From Pyrinomonadaceae bacterium (GTDB taxonomy: Bacteria > Acidobacteriota > Blastocatellia > Pyrinomonadales > Pyrinomonadaceae), in contig DAORTR010000001.1 in the NCBI GenBank assembly GCA_035432765.1, positions 1 through 63,997 on the forward strand: a DNA stretch of 63,997 nt, read 5' to 3'. Shown one piece after another: positions 29,208 through 38,808 of the stretch. Position 1 is the stretch's first letter. The number at the start of each line of letters is the position of its first letter. A program made the translations under genes and the position numbers. The notes below the pieces were generated by a model. That model made no database searches. It saw only the letters and a program-made list of their open reading frames with translations, and was not told where the DNA came from.

Positions 29208-29711
29208 TTAGATCCCTCCGTGCGGCAGCGACGTACTGCCTCCCGTCGACTCGGAATCGGGAATATCTTCGTCGCCGACCATTGTCGAGGTCGCCTCGCC
29301 GTCGTCCTGCAGTTCGAGCAGTTCGATCATTATTCGGCAGCGTGTCGGGTCGCCGTCCCGATTGAAATACACTTCTTCGATATCGAGCGATTGCAGCACA
29401 CAGCGGAGCTTCTGCGACCCCCAAACGGCTAGTAGAGGTGTTGGGCTGCCTATCGTCTCGTTCTCGGCTTTAAGTGCCCTTAGATCGTCAAGATCGGGCA
29501 CTAGGCTGCGGTCGTCGTCCGTCGTGTCGAGGATGAGATCGTTTACGCTCATCTGCCGCGGCTCGGTGTTCTGATAGAAAAGCGGACGCACGCCGATCGT
29601 TGTATCCTGCGGCGACCAGTTCATCCGTTCCGAATGGCGAATCGCCTCGGGGAAAAACTGAAACGTGAACGAGATATTGCTCGTCAGGTCGATGAGTTGG
29701 AACGTGCTCAT
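29208..29711 (-). CDS. P2 gpU-like tail protein (tube/baseplate adaptor)
   Basis: 167 aa directly after the tape measure. The pattern ISFTFQFFP...NW...PLFYQ...LLAVWG... resembles the gpU / DNA-circulation N-domain family. Confidence 0.55.
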   Translation of the reverse strand: MSTFQLIDLTSNISFTFQFFPEAIRHSERMNWSPQDTTIGVRPLFYQNTEPRQMSVNDLILDTTDDDRSLVPDLDDLRALKAENETIGSPTPLLAVWGSQKLRCVLQSLDIEEVYFNRDGDPTRCRIMIELLELQDDGEATSTMVGDEDIPDSESTGGSTSLPHGGI

Positions 29712-29713
29712 TC

Positions 29714-32323
29714 TTAGGCCCGGATCCTCCCTCTCGCCATTTCGTCCGCGACCATCGACGCGATGTCCTGCTTGTGCCGATAGAGCATATCGGCGAAGTC
29801 CGTGCGGTCGCGTTCGCCGACCTGACCGCCGAACGAAATTTTCGGCGCGTAGTTGATCGTAACGCCCGAGCCGCCGCGTGATTCATAACGTTTCGCCCGT
29901 GCCGGCACGATGTCCTCATCCGCGTGTACGAACGCAAGCCCCGACCGGGTGACGGTTCCGCCGACAGCGAAGCCGGGAGGATTGATGAGCGAGGGGAAAC
30001 CGGCGGGTGATGTTGCGGTAGGAGCCACGCCCGCTGGCGGCTGCCAAGCGGAGAACCTGCCACCTAAAAGGTCCAGGCTGCTTGCGGCGTTGTCGGCGGA
30101 ACCGATCAGGTTGTTGAATGCCGGCGGCACTCGATTCGCGGTAGTTGAAAATACCGTGAGCGATTTGTTTGTTTCGTCGATCGGCGGCGGCAATTGATTA
30201 AACAACTCGGCCGTCCGCATCGCGGGATCTTGGATCGCCGTCAGGCTCTGTGCGACGGGAGTCATCATTTCGGGCCCGAGCTGCTGCATCGCGGCAGCGA
30301 ACGCTTCGGGAAACGCCTTCGCGAGCCCGGCCTTTACATCCGACTGCTCGCGTTGATCCGGCACACGCGTTTTTAGTTCACGCAGAAACTCGGTCATTAT
30401 CCGAGTGTCGCCGAGCTGCGGTGCGGTCTTCTTGAAACCCTGTGCGAACGTGTCACTGTCATAGCTAAAACGTGCGGTCTTCAGGAATGGATTCGTAACG
30501 CCGGCAACGGACGTGATCGGGTAGAGAACCGAGTAGTCCATGCTCTTGCCGACGCGTTCGCTGAACGGCTTTTTGGCGAACTCGGACGGCAGTGCGTCGC
30601 TCAAACCCATCTGCATTGCAGAGAACCACGCCGTTGCGGCCTGCGACGTGATTATGTTCTGCGGCATCGTCGTACCCTGCTGCGTGAATTCTTTGTCCGC
30701 GTTTTGGAACGCCGTGACGTTCTTGTTCGTCGCGTCCTCAGCAAGCCGTCGCTGTTCGGCCGCGTCGAACGCTCTCTGCACTTCTCGCTGGATCACTCCG
30801 ATGAGGAACTCGATTCCCATGATCGCGCCAATCTGTACGCCGATCCGAACGGTCTGCGATTTGCCGATCCCGGAGAGCATTCCTTTCAGCCCTTGCGTTC
30901 GCGTCGTTGCCGTCGCGAGGTTTGTCGAGAGTGTTTTCGTCTCAGAGTTGGCCGCGTTCAAAAACGTCAGAGCACTGTCACTGCGTGTGAACTGTGACGC
31001 GAGTCGGAAGATCCGAAACCCTGTCGTCAGCGTCTTGAACGACGAGTAAACCGTGAGGGCCGTCGCTCCGTAGAAGGCGAGTGTGCCCAGCGTTTTTGTG
31101 AGTCCCGGATTTGCGGCGGCAAACTCCTGCAACGACGACACGACGTTGTTCAGCCCCTTCGTCATCTCGGTCAGTTGCGGGAGCATTGGGCCGAACGCAC
31201 TTACGACCAAATTCGAGACGGTTCCCTGCAGAGCTTCAAGTTGGTTGTTGAAGGTTTTCGATTTTTCGCTATTTTTGTCAACGAGCGATATCGTCTTATC
31301 CTGCTCGGCGTTGAACTGCTGCCAGCCGGTCGTGCCCTCCGTCGCGAAAATATTCGCCGCCGACATGCCGCGAAGACCAAACACTTTTTCCATCCAACCG
31401 GAGCGATCTTTGTCCGACAGTTTGTCGAACTGCTTCATCTGTTCGAAGATGGCATCAACACCGGCAAATTTCCCCTTTTCGTCGAAAAAGTTGAGTTTGA
31501 TACCCGTCTTCGATTCAAGTTCTTTGATCTGGTCGGCGTGCGTTTGGTACTGCGAAAAGAAGTCCGTGAGCGTTGTACCCGCCATTGATCCACGCAAACC
31601 CTTTTTACCCAACAGGCCGAAGAGCCGGGTGATCTGCTCAGCATCTTTCAGCCCGCCGATACCGAGCGATGTTCCGGCCCTACCTTGAAAATATTTCGCG
31701 GCCTCGACGAGTTCGGTTGATGTTTGCCCGGTCGACGTGTAGATGCGCGAGAACACGTCAGCCGCAGGCGTGAAATCCTCTGGCCGGAGCTTGAACAGGT
31801 TTCCGTACTGTGCAAAGTCGGCAGCGATATCACGCGGGAGCATATCGTTCGCGACGGCGAGATTGCCGACCGCATCCGCAGCCCCGTTGAGGATAGTCTC
31901 GGTCGAGAGTCCGTTCTGTTTAAGGACCTGCATCATCTGCACGAAGTCCTCGGTCGTGCCGGGCAAGGCGTTGCCGAGATGCATCGCGATCGCCTCGGCC
32001 TTTTTCATACTCTCGCCGACCTGCTCGAAGTTTATCTTGCCGTCAGGTCCGACCTCGCTCATCGAATTGCGAAGATCGACGATCGATGTTTGAAAATCAG
32101 CCGCGACCCTCACGCCCTTGGCGAGCGCAGTGAGCCCCGCAATGCCGGCACCGCCGATCTGTAGATCTCGGTTTAGGTCTGCTCGCAGTTTCTCGAACTC
32201 GCTCTGGAATTTAGCTCCGTCGCGGCCCGCCGACCGAAGCCGTTCCGAAAAGCGATCAAGCCCCGAGGACGCACTGTCCTTGAGGGTCAGTAGGATCGCT
32301 AAATTGAAGACTTCGCTGCTCAC
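29714..32323 (-). CDS. tail tape measure protein
   Basis: 869 aa, helical and Ala/Gly/Thr-rich with internal hydrophobic segments. A GTG start overlaps the chaperone extension stop. Confidence 0.85.
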   Translation of the reverse strand: MSSEVFNLAILLTLKDSASSGLDRFSERLRSAGRDGAKFQSEFEKLRADLNRDLQIGGAGIAGLTALAKGVRVAADFQTSIVDLRNSMSEVGPDGKINFEQVGESMKKAEAIAMHLGNALPGTTEDFVQMMQVLKQNGLSTETILNGAADAVGNLAVANDMLPRDIAADFAQYGNLFKLRPEDFTPAADVFSRIYTSTGQTSTELVEAAKYFQGRAGTSLGIGGLKDAEQITRLFGLLGKKGLRGSMAGTTLTDFFSQYQTHADQIKELESKTGIKLNFFDEKGKFAGVDAIFEQMKQFDKLSDKDRSGWMEKVFGLRGMSAANIFATEGTTGWQQFNAEQDKTISLVDKNSEKSKTFNNQLEALQGTVSNLVVSAFGPMLPQLTEMTKGLNNVVSSLQEFAAANPGLTKTLGTLAFYGATALTVYSSFKTLTTGFRIFRLASQFTRSDSALTFLNAANSETKTLSTNLATATTRTQGLKGMLSGIGKSQTVRIGVQIGAIMGIEFLIGVIQREVQRAFDAAEQRRLAEDATNKNVTAFQNADKEFTQQGTTMPQNIITSQAATAWFSAMQMGLSDALPSEFAKKPFSERVGKSMDYSVLYPITSVAGVTNPFLKTARFSYDSDTFAQGFKKTAPQLGDTRIMTEFLRELKTRVPDQREQSDVKAGLAKAFPEAFAAAMQQLGPEMMTPVAQSLTAIQDPAMRTAELFNQLPPPIDETNKSLTVFSTTANRVPPAFNNLIGSADNAASSLDLLGGRFSAWQPPAGVAPTATSPAGFPSLINPPGFAVGGTVTRSGLAFVHADEDIVPARAKRYESRGGSGVTINYAPKISFGGQVGERDRTDFADMLYRHKQDIASMVADEMARGRIRA

Positions 32324-32493
32324 GATTTTTTATTGAATTCGTTCAGTAGTTCCGTGTACGTATTAAGCCGCTGCATCGGCAGCGACAGCAGTTCCTGCTC
32401 GCTCATCCCGGTCGCTCCCATCAGCAGGAAGATCGTCCGCGCCAGTCCGCTCCGACGGTACGCGTTCTCGGCTGAGTCGAAACGAAAGCCTCC
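32320..32493 (-). other. candidate +1/-2 recoding extension of the tail chaperone
   Basis: The +1 frame opens at 32493 and encodes FRFDSAENAYRRSGLARTIFLLMGATGMSEQELLSLPMQRLNTYTELLNEFNKKS. It ends in a TGA overlapping the tape-measure GTG. The frame-0 sequence at the junction is AGG AGG CTT TCG. Confidence 0.5.
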
Positions 32494-33070
32494 TCAACCG
32501 GGCACCTATCCTTAGCTGAACTAGATCCGTGCCGTCGAGTGTCGCGAAATGTTCGACCGCGATAGCCCCTTCGAGCTTTCGGCCGTCCGCGTTCTCGACG
32601 GATTCGATCTGACGGCCGAGCAAATAGCACTCGCGGCTGATGCCCTTTAATCCGAGCACGTCGGCCTGCAGTTCGTCGTGGCCGGTCGTAAATCGACCGA
32701 ATTTGACGACATCGTAGTGAACGCCGTCAATGTCGAAACCGAACGCGAGCGTGCAAGCGTCTTCGCCGATCTCGCCTTTGCGATCGGCCCGTGACGTCTC
32801 CAGGAATCGATCCACGCCGACCTGAACATCTTCGCGGTCAACGCTGTCAAGCGAGAGCAGGACCGTCTCGGCGATCGGCAAGGGAAGTGAGCCGAAGCGT
32901 GTGATCATCTTGCGGCAAAGCAGATCGTTGTACTGCGTCGCATTCGCCGCCCGCGGGTCGCTGTCGAGCAGCATCATATCGCCGACGGACACGCGTCGCC
33001 CGAACTCGACCTCGCGATGCACGGTGCCCGTGCGGTCTGTGTAGCCTGTTAAAAGTTTGATCGAGTGCAT
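32363..33070 (-). CDS. tail assembly chaperone (frame 0 product)
   Basis: Lies between the tube and tape measure genes, starting at MHSIKLL. The last 40 or so codons of frame 0 look non-protein-like. See the recoding feature below. Confidence 0.65.
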   Translation of the reverse strand: MHSIKLLTGYTDRTGTVHREVEFGRRVSVGDMMLLDSDPRAANATQYNDLLCRKMITRFGSLPLPIAETVLLSLDSVDREDVQVGVDRFLETSRADRKGEIGEDACTLAFGFDIDGVHYDVVKFGRFTTGHDELQADVLGLKGISRECYLLGRQIESVENADGRKLEGAIAVEHFATLDGTDLVQLRIGARLRRLSFRLSRERVPSERTGADDLPADGSDRDERAGTAVAADAAA

Positions 33071-33202
33071 AAAAAATTCCCGTCTAAAAAAAGGTGGCCC
33101 CTCGTTGGCGGGGAAACGGGGGGCCATCCTTCTCATCAACGAACGCGGGCATCCGCGCTACGTCGAAATTAAAATTAGAAAGTGTCGATTACCGGCCCGC
33201 TT

Positions 33203-33634
33203 TTAGTAATCGACCCTGAGGTCTGTCGGTTGAAGGACGACATTAAAATATGCCGCGTCGCTGCCGTCCGCTTTGTTGTCCTCGAGGGAGAACTCCTTCG
33301 GCACGCAGTCGATACAGTCATAGATTCCGGCGATGCCGGCTCCGTCTTCCGCGAGCTGCACGATGCGGAAGTTCCTCTTCTCGGTCGTTTGTCCCTCGCA
33401 GTAGTCGTTGAAGTAGCGGAAAATATCGCGGCCCGCCGAGTTGAGAGCGACGGCGTGTTTCATCGTCACCGCTTCGCATTTCGATTTGCCGCGTGCGTAG
33501 AAAGGCATCGCCCGCGTTCCGGTTTTGATCTCGGCCGGTTCGTGCGTTTTTTTAAGGCCGGAGATGTTCGTCGCCTCGATCACCGCGACGCCGTCCATCT
33601 CGACCAGAAAATGTCCTGAATGTGTTCCTGGCAT
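33203..33634 (-). CDS. contractile tail tube protein
   Basis: 143 aa immediately downstream of the sheath gene, with a T4 gp19/P2 FII-like pattern. Confidence 0.8.
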   Translation of the reverse strand: MPGTHSGHFLVEMDGVAVIEATNISGLKKTHEPAEIKTGTRAMPFYARGKSKCEAVTMKHAVALNSAGRDIFRYFNDYCEGQTTEKRNFRIVQLAEDGAGIAGIYDCIDCVPKEFSLEDNKADGSDAAYFNVVLQPTDLRVDY

Positions 33635-33637
33635 AGT

Positions 33638-35161
33638 TTAGTTATCACCTCCGGTGAGGATATTGAGATCCTGCGACAACGGCACGCTGTCGATATTGAC
33701 GAAGATTTGTTCAGCCGTTGGAGAGAGTTTGACGCCCAGTTGGACGTGTACGCGGCCGAGTTCGAGTTCCTCTGCAGGGTTGTTTGTTTCGTCGGCTACG
33801 ACGAGGAAAGCCTCGCCTTCGGTCTTGCCGTAAAGCCCGCCGTCTCGCCACAGCGATCGCAGGAAGTTTTCGCCGCTGGTTCGCAAGTCGCGGAACAACC
33901 GTCCGGCTCCGTCCACGACTGCAAACACTGCCCATCGGTAGCCTTGCTTTGCCGTGTAGTAGATCAGGTTGAGCATCCGGCGTTCGTGAACGAACTGAAC
34001 TCGCGTTTCGCCGACCTCTGCGAGGACGCGGCCGCCGTAGAGCTTGATGCCCTCGCCCGCGATCGGAGTGATCACGTTGACGTTTCGCTGGTTGAGATAC
34101 GCACGGACGTTATCGTTGACCATTGACGTGCCGTCCACGTTCCGCTCGACGTCCACCGCCGCCGGAACTTTGATGTTCGCCGGTGCTTTGTGCGTGCCGA
34201 CGGTTCGATCGACCTGAGCGCAGGCTCCGGCCGCAAAGATCGAGGGCGGATAAAGTTTCGTTCCCGACGTGCCGTCGATCGCCGGCATCAAAACCCACGG
34301 CCAGTAGGCCGCACCGTAGGATGACGGGCTTGCGACGAGGTTGTTCGCCGCGTCCGAATAATCGGTCGCGATCGCGTCTTCGACGAGTGCGAGGCGATTG
34401 TATGCCTCGGCGTGTGCCATAAGAGCGGCCTGATTCTGTTTCGAGTAGCCCGGAATGAGCACCTGCCCGGTGCCGAGGTTCTCGTCGTTAAGCAGCGTTA
34501 AATACGCCCCGAGATCCGTTGCGACCACCGTCGCCGAACCATCGTCGCCGTCGTCGAAAGCTACTCCGTCGCCGACGGCAGGCTGCGGGCGGCCCGTCGC
34601 ACCGGATACTGCGGTCGCAACGAGTGAGACGGTTACGAGTTTCGATTTCTCGTTTATCGCGGCAAGGTCGGACGCCGATCGCAGGTCAGCAGATTTGTAC
34701 GTCTCGACAACGCCGAGAGCGGCCGCCGTGATCTTGATGTCGCACAGATCGGTGCTGCCCGCAACGTCCGTGACCACTATGTTAAGGGCGACTGTTTTTG
34801 AGGGATACTTCGCATCGAACTTGAACGTTGCGAGCGGCGTGGTCGCTCGATTTGTGAGAGTGATCGTGCCCTTTACGGGCGATGCTCCGCCAGCACGGAT
34901 CGCGATGATCTGGCGGCCGCCGAAGTAGTCGAAGAAGATCTTCGCCGCGTCAGCCAGCCAGCCGAGACTGTGAAAACCGCCGAATTTTCGTTTGAACTCG
35001 GACCAGCTTGTGATGACCGTCGGAACGCCGATCGGTCCCCACGGTGCAAAACCGATTATGAAGGCGGTCGACGTCGGCTGTCGTTTCAGCGGGCGTGACA
35101 CCTGACCTGCGTTGACGATCGCGGTAACGCCCGGTGCAGAATTTTCAACGGTCAAACTCAT
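33638..35161 (-). CDS. contractile tail sheath protein
   Basis: 507 aa. The conserved C-terminal sheath region is present (VNVITPIAGEGIKLYGGRVL ... RRMLNLIYY). Confidence 0.9.
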   Translation of the reverse strand: MSLTVENSAPGVTAIVNAGQVSRPLKRQPTSTAFIIGFAPWGPIGVPTVITSWSEFKRKFGGFHSLGWLADAAKIFFDYFGGRQIIAIRAGGASPVKGTITLTNRATTPLATFKFDAKYPSKTVALNIVVTDVAGSTDLCDIKITAAALGVVETYKSADLRSASDLAAINEKSKLVTVSLVATAVSGATGRPQPAVGDGVAFDDGDDGSATVVATDLGAYLTLLNDENLGTGQVLIPGYSKQNQAALMAHAEAYNRLALVEDAIATDYSDAANNLVASPSSYGAAYWPWVLMPAIDGTSGTKLYPPSIFAAGACAQVDRTVGTHKAPANIKVPAAVDVERNVDGTSMVNDNVRAYLNQRNVNVITPIAGEGIKLYGGRVLAEVGETRVQFVHERRMLNLIYYTAKQGYRWAVFAVVDGAGRLFRDLRTSGENFLRSLWRDGGLYGKTEGEAFLVVADETNNPAEELELGRVHVQLGVKLSPTAEQIFVNIDSVPLSQDLNILTGGDN

Positions 35162-35162
35162 T

Positions 35163-35408
35163 TTATTTTTCTCCTCCCTTTTTGCCGGCCGCTTGCTGTT
35201 GCTGCGTCGGCGACGGAACTGTTATCTGATTCTCGGTAATGTTCGTGATCACGAGCCAGCCGCGACCTTCGAGATCGCGATGCCGTTTCGTAACGCTCGC
35301 GACTTCGCAGCTCGCACCCGGCACGATGTATGTGCCGTCATTGGCCTCGATCGGATATTTCGAGATATTGGAAATTTTGAACATCAAATTTTTAGTCTCC
35401 TGTTTCAA
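35163..35408 (-). CDS. small protein in the Mu gp38 position (DUF2635-like)
   Basis: 81 aa between the gp37-like and sheath genes. The call rests mostly on position. Confidence 0.45.
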   Translation of the reverse strand: MKQETKNLMFKISNISKYPIEANDGTYIVPGASCEVASVTKRHRDLEGRGWLVITNITENQITVPSPTQQQQAAGKKGGEK

Positions 35409-36036
35409 AGTTCACTCCGGGTACGTTGCCCGGATTTGAAGGGGATGCGGATTGATCGCCGACGCCCACAATGATCTCTGCCACGTCGCTGCCTAGAACG
35501 GTGCGGTCGGGCGATGACCAGTTGAACCACGTTCGGAAAACCGCAACATACGCCGTCATATTCGCGAGTTTGAGGACGTACTCGGTTCCGTCCGGCTCGA
35601 AGACTCCGTGCGTTAGCACAACACGCTCGTCCGTATCTTCGTCGATCGTTACGAGCCGTCGTCCGGTAAGCTCGCGGCGAACCGCCGAGAGCATCCCGTA
35701 AACCGATGACCGCCGTCGCGAGCGTTCGCCACGCGGATCGTTGTCGGCGCAGATCACAGCAAAGAAGCAATCGTGCCGATAGCTGAGCGGTTTGCCTAGC
35801 ACCGATGGCGTTGCCGGGCTTCGTGTGTCATGGCCGCCGCCGTAGGAAACCATCACGAGCGGAAACACGCGGGCTTCGCTTGCGATCGCCGACTGCAATG
35901 CTTTCGCGTCATCCAGTTCGCCGGAATAGGTTGTCAATTCACGCACGCCGCACGGCGGCTGTTTCATTCCTTGAAGGGCAGCGATAATGCCGTCCTCGAT
36001 CCCGCCTACATAAAAATCAAAATCACGCTCCGCCAT
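35392..36036 (-). CDS. Mu gp37-like protein (DUF1834)
   Basis: An N-terminus of GGIEDGIIAALQGM...VRELTTYSGELDD is typical of the gp37 family. Confidence 0.65.
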   Translation of the reverse strand: MAERDFDFYVGGIEDGIIAALQGMKQPPCGVRELTTYSGELDDAKALQSAIASEARVFPLVMVSYGGGHDTRSPATPSVLGKPLSYRHDCFFAVICADNDPRGERSRRRSSVYGMLSAVRRELTGRRLVTIDEDTDERVVLTHGVFEPDGTEYVLKLANMTAYVAVFRTWFNWSSPDRTVLGSDVAEIIVGVGDQSASPSNPGNVPGVNFETGD

Positions 36037-36048
36037 TTTCTAACGCCG

Positions 36049-36504
36049 TCAGCTTCGAATGTGTCGCAAAAAGATCTCTCCGAGAACGTCGAAATCTTTG
36101 TCTTGGAACATCACGAACGGTCGTGCCGGCGTTTTTGCCTGTCCGCGTCCGCTGCCGCCCGGATAACCGAAGTGCTGGCGTTTCGCCTGCACGGCGTTCG
36201 TGCCGACCTCGGCAGACGTGAGATTCGTTTTTGACGAGATCGACCGCCGGAGAGTTCCTGTGTCGATGAGCGGCTTGATCCCGCCGCGGCCTTTTCCTTT
36301 TCGGCGCTGTGCGACGGTGCTCTCTGCGAGCTTCTGCCACGACTGCGGTCGGCCTGATTCGGCAAAATTCTGCCGGATCGAACCTGCCATATAAACCGCA
36401 CCGGCTTTCATCGGACGCTCCATATCGCGGGTGATCCGCGATGAAAGGCGACTGACCCGACGCATAAGTTCGTTAAATCCTTCGATGCCGTTGCTCATAG
36501 TCAA
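36049..36504 (-). CDS. virion morphogenesis protein, Mu gpG family
   Basis: 151 aa. Pattern: IRQNFAESGRPQSWQKL ... LIDTGTLRRSI ... VGTNAVQAKRQHFG ... PARPFV. Confidence 0.75.
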   Translation of the reverse strand: MTMSNGIEGFNELMRRVSRLSSRITRDMERPMKAGAVYMAGSIRQNFAESGRPQSWQKLAESTVAQRRKGKGRGGIKPLIDTGTLRRSISSKTNLTSAEVGTNAVQAKRQHFGYPGGSGRGQAKTPARPFVMFQDKDFDVLGEIFLRHIRS

Positions 36505-36944
36505 AACGACTTCAGTACGTCGTCAGTAAATGTTTGCGATGTCGCGTTCGTTAGTATCCGGTCCTCGTTCGCGGGCAGCGTTTCGGTCTCGGTCTCGGAC
36601 ACGACATCAAGTGCTGCCTTGCCGCTCGCAACGTCCTTGAGCAGCCGTACCGCGTCGTCATAGGCCTGCTTTTTCACCGCATAAATTCCCTCGGCAAATT
36701 GCGATCGGGATTTATGCAAATGAAAGACCGCGATATCGAGATTCAGGCTCCGTACCATTGCGGTCGCGGGCACCGGAATCGAGTAACGGGCACGCGCGTA
36801 GGAGTCGAAAAGGCCGCTGGCGAATTCGATCGCTTTTAGGACGCGCGTTTCGTTGATCTCGCCCGTTCCCTCGTCGTCGGTGAGCTTGGCGAGTGTTGCC
36901 TCGCCAAGTTCATCCAACAGGTCTTGCGTCAGAAGGTACGCCAC
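36501..36944 (-). CDS. Mu gp36-like protein (DUF1320)
   Basis: MAYLLTQDLLDELGEATLAKLTDDE ... SYARARYSIPVP matches the DUF1320 N-terminal signature. Confidence 0.8.
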   Translation of the reverse strand: MAYLLTQDLLDELGEATLAKLTDDEGTGEINETRVLKAIEFASGLFDSYARARYSIPVPATAMVRSLNLDIAVFHLHKSRSQFAEGIYAVKKQAYDDAVRLLKDVASGKAALDVVSETETETLPANEDRILTNATSQTFTDDVLKSF

Positions 36945-36948
36945 GGTG

Positions 36949-37170
36949 TTACTCGACGGCCTCCACCTTCGTCTGCCCCGCGATATCGAGAACCGCGACG
37001 TATTGCGGATCGTCCGTTATGTCTCCCTTTTTGAGGAGTTTTGGGCCGAGCACTCCGCCGCAGATCACGCGAACCATGAGTCCCGAGGGAGCGGTTTGTA
37101 AATCCGCTCCCTCACTCGCCTTGGTTGCAGCGGGGTTATCCTTTTCGATTTGCTTTTTTGCCACCTTCAC
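36949..37170 (-). CDS. hypothetical small head-module protein
   Basis: 73-aa ORF between the capsid and gp36-like genes, tightly spaced. Confidence 0.5.
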   Translation of the reverse strand: MKVAKKQIEKDNPAATKASEGADLQTAPSGLMVRVICGGVLGPKLLKKGDITDDPQYVAVLDIAGQTKVEAVE

Positions 37171-37178
37171 TCGTCTCC

Positions 37179-38246
37179 TTATGCCTCATATACGGCCATC
37201 TTGACGACCGATTTCGGATAGACCAGGCGAGGGCCGCCGTAGATGCCGCCGGTGATCTCCACTTTCGGATTTTTGCCCGAACCGAGTTGACCGAGTGACA
37301 CGCTGCCTGCGATCTCGCTCGGTACGCCGTTGACCTCGATCACGGAGAAATATCCGGGTGCCGGCTGCCCGCCCTTGCTCTTATGCAGGCTCGGCGTCGA
37401 GACGACATCGCCGACCGTCTGTGCCGCAGGGCGCTGGCCGACGACGATAACGTCGCCGTCCTTGATGAAGTTTTTGTAAGCGTTGCTCCCGTCGATATAC
37501 CCATGATCGACGACGACGATGGTCGGCAATCCGCGGGCTACGAGAATCTTGTTTAGCTCGTCGATCGCGTAGGGCAGTTGGACAAAGTTGGCGTTTTGAA
37601 AACCCTTGATATCGCCGCTGTTCTGGTTTTCGAGAAGCAGATTTGCTGTCGACTGATTCATATACGCCTTCGCACCGGCAGCCGAAGCTCCAGTTCCGCG
37701 GAAGAGCAGCTTCACCGCGTCGAAATCCGCGAGCGGAGTCGCCGTCGTGGGCGTATCCCAGCCAGTTGCGGAGGTGTACGACTGAACGGCGAACGATTCA
37801 GAAACCGAAACGCCGCCTTCGTTGATCGTGATCTGGCCGGCGAGAGCGTCCCAACGGAGCTTCTCGATGCGGTTCATCGTCTTGACCCAACGGTTGCGTG
37901 CGAGGCGTGCGATCTCGGATGCGATATCGAGCGTTCCGGCCATCGTGCCAAGTTGACGTGCGCGCAATAGTTCGTCTTCCTTCAGAAGATCGCTTTCCTT
38001 GAACGGGATCGGCGTATAGCTGCGGCGAACCGAGCCTTGGCGGGTGTCCACCCTCGGGTCTGCGCCGAGCAGGTGCGGTGCCGTCAGGCCGCGTTCCCTA
38101 TCGCGTTCATCCCACTGCACCTCTTGGTACATTGACTCCGTCAACGGAAGAATTGTCGAGCCGACGAATTCGGCAGGATCCGGCACGAAGGCCTCGACCA
38201 CTGCGTTCAGCTCGGCGTTTGTTGGAAATGATAGAACTAAACTCAT
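37179..38246 (-). CDS. major capsid protein (lambda gpE-like)
   Basis: 355 aa. The segment LPTIVVVDHGYIDGSNAYKNFIKDGDVIVVG parallels lambda E VAIVVYSGQYVENGVKKNFLPDNTMVLG. It follows the protease and decoration genes. Confidence 0.8.
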   Translation of the reverse strand: MSLVLSFPTNAELNAVVEAFVPDPAEFVGSTILPLTESMYQEVQWDERDRERGLTAPHLLGADPRVDTRQGSVRRSYTPIPFKESDLLKEDELLRARQLGTMAGTLDIASEIARLARNRWVKTMNRIEKLRWDALAGQITINEGGVSVSESFAVQSYTSATGWDTPTTATPLADFDAVKLLFRGTGASAAGAKAYMNQSTANLLLENQNSGDIKGFQNANFVQLPYAIDELNKILVARGLPTIVVVDHGYIDGSNAYKNFIKDGDVIVVGQRPAAQTVGDVVSTPSLHKSKGGQPAPGYFSVIEVNGVPSEIAGSVSLGQLGSGKNPKVEITGGIYGGPRLVYPKSVVKMAVYEA

Positions 38247-38262
38247 TTTGTCTTATAGCCTC

Positions 38263-38808
38263 CTAGAATCTGAAAATGTTGCCGGGACGGAGCGTGCCGC
38301 CGAGTTCCGACAGCGCAGACGCGTCCAGGTCAGAGATGCGGGTAGCATCGAAATAACCGCCGATGAACGCCCTTATCGTCGTATCACCTACGCCGTCGCT
38401 ACCTTCGTCGGCGATACACACCGCTATCTGCGAACCATCGCTCGCGAGGATGGACTGACCATTTGCAACCGCGACCGCGGCGTTTGCGGTTAGCGTAACC
38501 ACGCCGTCGTTCGCGATCGAGAGGATTGTGCCGACGCTCGCTCCGGCTGCGTTCGTGAGGATGTCGCCTGGGACGAAAGAGCCGGGAATGACGCGACCGT
38601 TCGGTGAGCCGGTCGTGAATGCCGTCGAGATAACAGTTGATCTGCCTCGCCGGCGATACTTGCCGCTCGAACCGATCTGACCGAGGGTGTCGCCGCGGCC
38701 AACCACGAACCCCGATTTGATCGTCAACGGAATCGCGACCGCTTGTTCCGGTGCGACCGCTTCAAGCGGCTCTTGTGCGGCGGTTGTTTCCAAAACTTGA
38801 GTTGGCAT
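38263..38808 (-). CDS. head decoration protein (lambda gpD-like C-terminal domain)
   Basis: 181 aa between the protease/scaffold and capsid genes. The C-terminal pattern IAVCIADEGSDG...IRAFIGGYFD resembles the gpD family. Confidence 0.55.
   Translation of the reverse strand: MPTQVLETTAAQEPLEAVAPEQAVAIPLTIKSGFVVGRGDTLGQIGSSGKYRRRGRSTVISTAFTTGSPNGRVIPGSFVPGDILTNAAGASVGTILSIANDGVVTLTANAAVAVANGQSILASDGSQIAVCIADEGSDGVGDTTIRAFIGGYFDATRISDLDASALSELGGTLRPGNIFRF

Noticed and set aside
21988-35161. The tail cluster interpreted as a stand-alone tailocin or extracellular contractile injection system.
   Set aside because: Capsid, protease, portal, terminase, lysis and transposition genes are present in the same element with a shared end structure, so it is a phage tail module.
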